The position numbers were made by a program, and so were the translations under genes. A model generated the notes under the pieces. It worked only from the letters and a program-made list of their open reading frames with translations. It had not been told where the DNA came from and did not search any database. Below are positions 63,610-64,000 of a stretch of 64,000 nt of DNA, piece after piece. Location: assembly GCA_001687465.1 (NCBI GenBank), contig LVLI01000005.1, positions 124,001 to 188,000 of the forward strand. Reading direction: 5' to 3'. How positions within the stretch are numbered: position 1 is the first letter of the stretch; each line of letters opens with the position of its first letter. This DNA is from Halocafeteria seosinensis. Its lineage: Eukaryota.

Positions 63610-64000
63610 TTAATGTTGTCCTACGGGATCGGTCTTTCTAAAGCTTTGAGGAAACAGACGTCTCGTCGGCCCCGCTTCCTTCTGAAGCGTCTCCGAGGAC
63701 CTGTCAACGTTAAAATCATCTGCTATAACCCTGGGACGGCATTGATACGCCAAAGGTTTCTTGCTCTTTTGAAGTTCCTCTCTGCCCCACGGAGTGAGGG
63801 CTAGCGCAACTTTAGTCCAACGCTGAGGGGGCAACGTGTCCCTTGTCTCAGTCTTTTTCAAGCGCATGTCCGTATTCGCATCCAGCAGCTTTTGTTCTCT
63901 CAGCCGTTTTAGCATGTCAACTTTGACGGGATCATTGCTGCTATCTAGTCTGAGCTTTACACCTGTGCGATTTACTGCAAGATATCACGGGTTAAGATAC
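63610..64000 (-). CDS. 3' end of an unknown gene entering from the right edge
   Basis: Open frame of more than 100 codons ending at TAA 63610, convergent with RNASEH2B; no domain recognised. Confidence 0.5.

Noticed and set aside
1..64000. tRNA, rRNA, snRNA, CRISPR arrays, intact transposons, non-canonical introns or an alternative genetic code
   Set aside because: None recognised by eye; all introns checked are GT-AG, and apparent in-frame stops fall inside introns.

Overview
Compact, gene-dense eukaryotic nuclear DNA with GT-AG introns, mostly about 55-90 nt, read in the standard code. Gene content suggests a protist, probably a stramenopile (inference). About 23 genes could be modelled by hand: a giant secreted FN3/PA14/filamin-repeat protein running off the left edge, ATG2, peroxisomal 2,4-dienoyl-CoA reductase, organellar SerRS, a fatty-acid elongase, a tandem pair of CDK9/12-type kinases, an ARM protein, a RING protein, cystathionine gamma-lyase, a PDI-like protein, a class I-like PI3K, an ankyrin-HDAC, the RNR small subunit, FAM184, RAD54B, RNase H2B, two spliced microproteins and several hypotheticals. 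The strongest lead is the PI3K, which carries WW, cyclic-nucleotide-binding and GAF domains instead of recognisable p85/Ras-binding regions, making it a candidate cNMP-gated PIP3-producing enzyme. Other leads are FN3 domains split by large inserted repeats, a divergent DFD-motif CDK paralog, a long hairpin-containing RNR intron and near-touching convergent gene ends. No tRNA, rRNA, CRISPR array or intact transposon was recognised. All models are manual and no searches were run.
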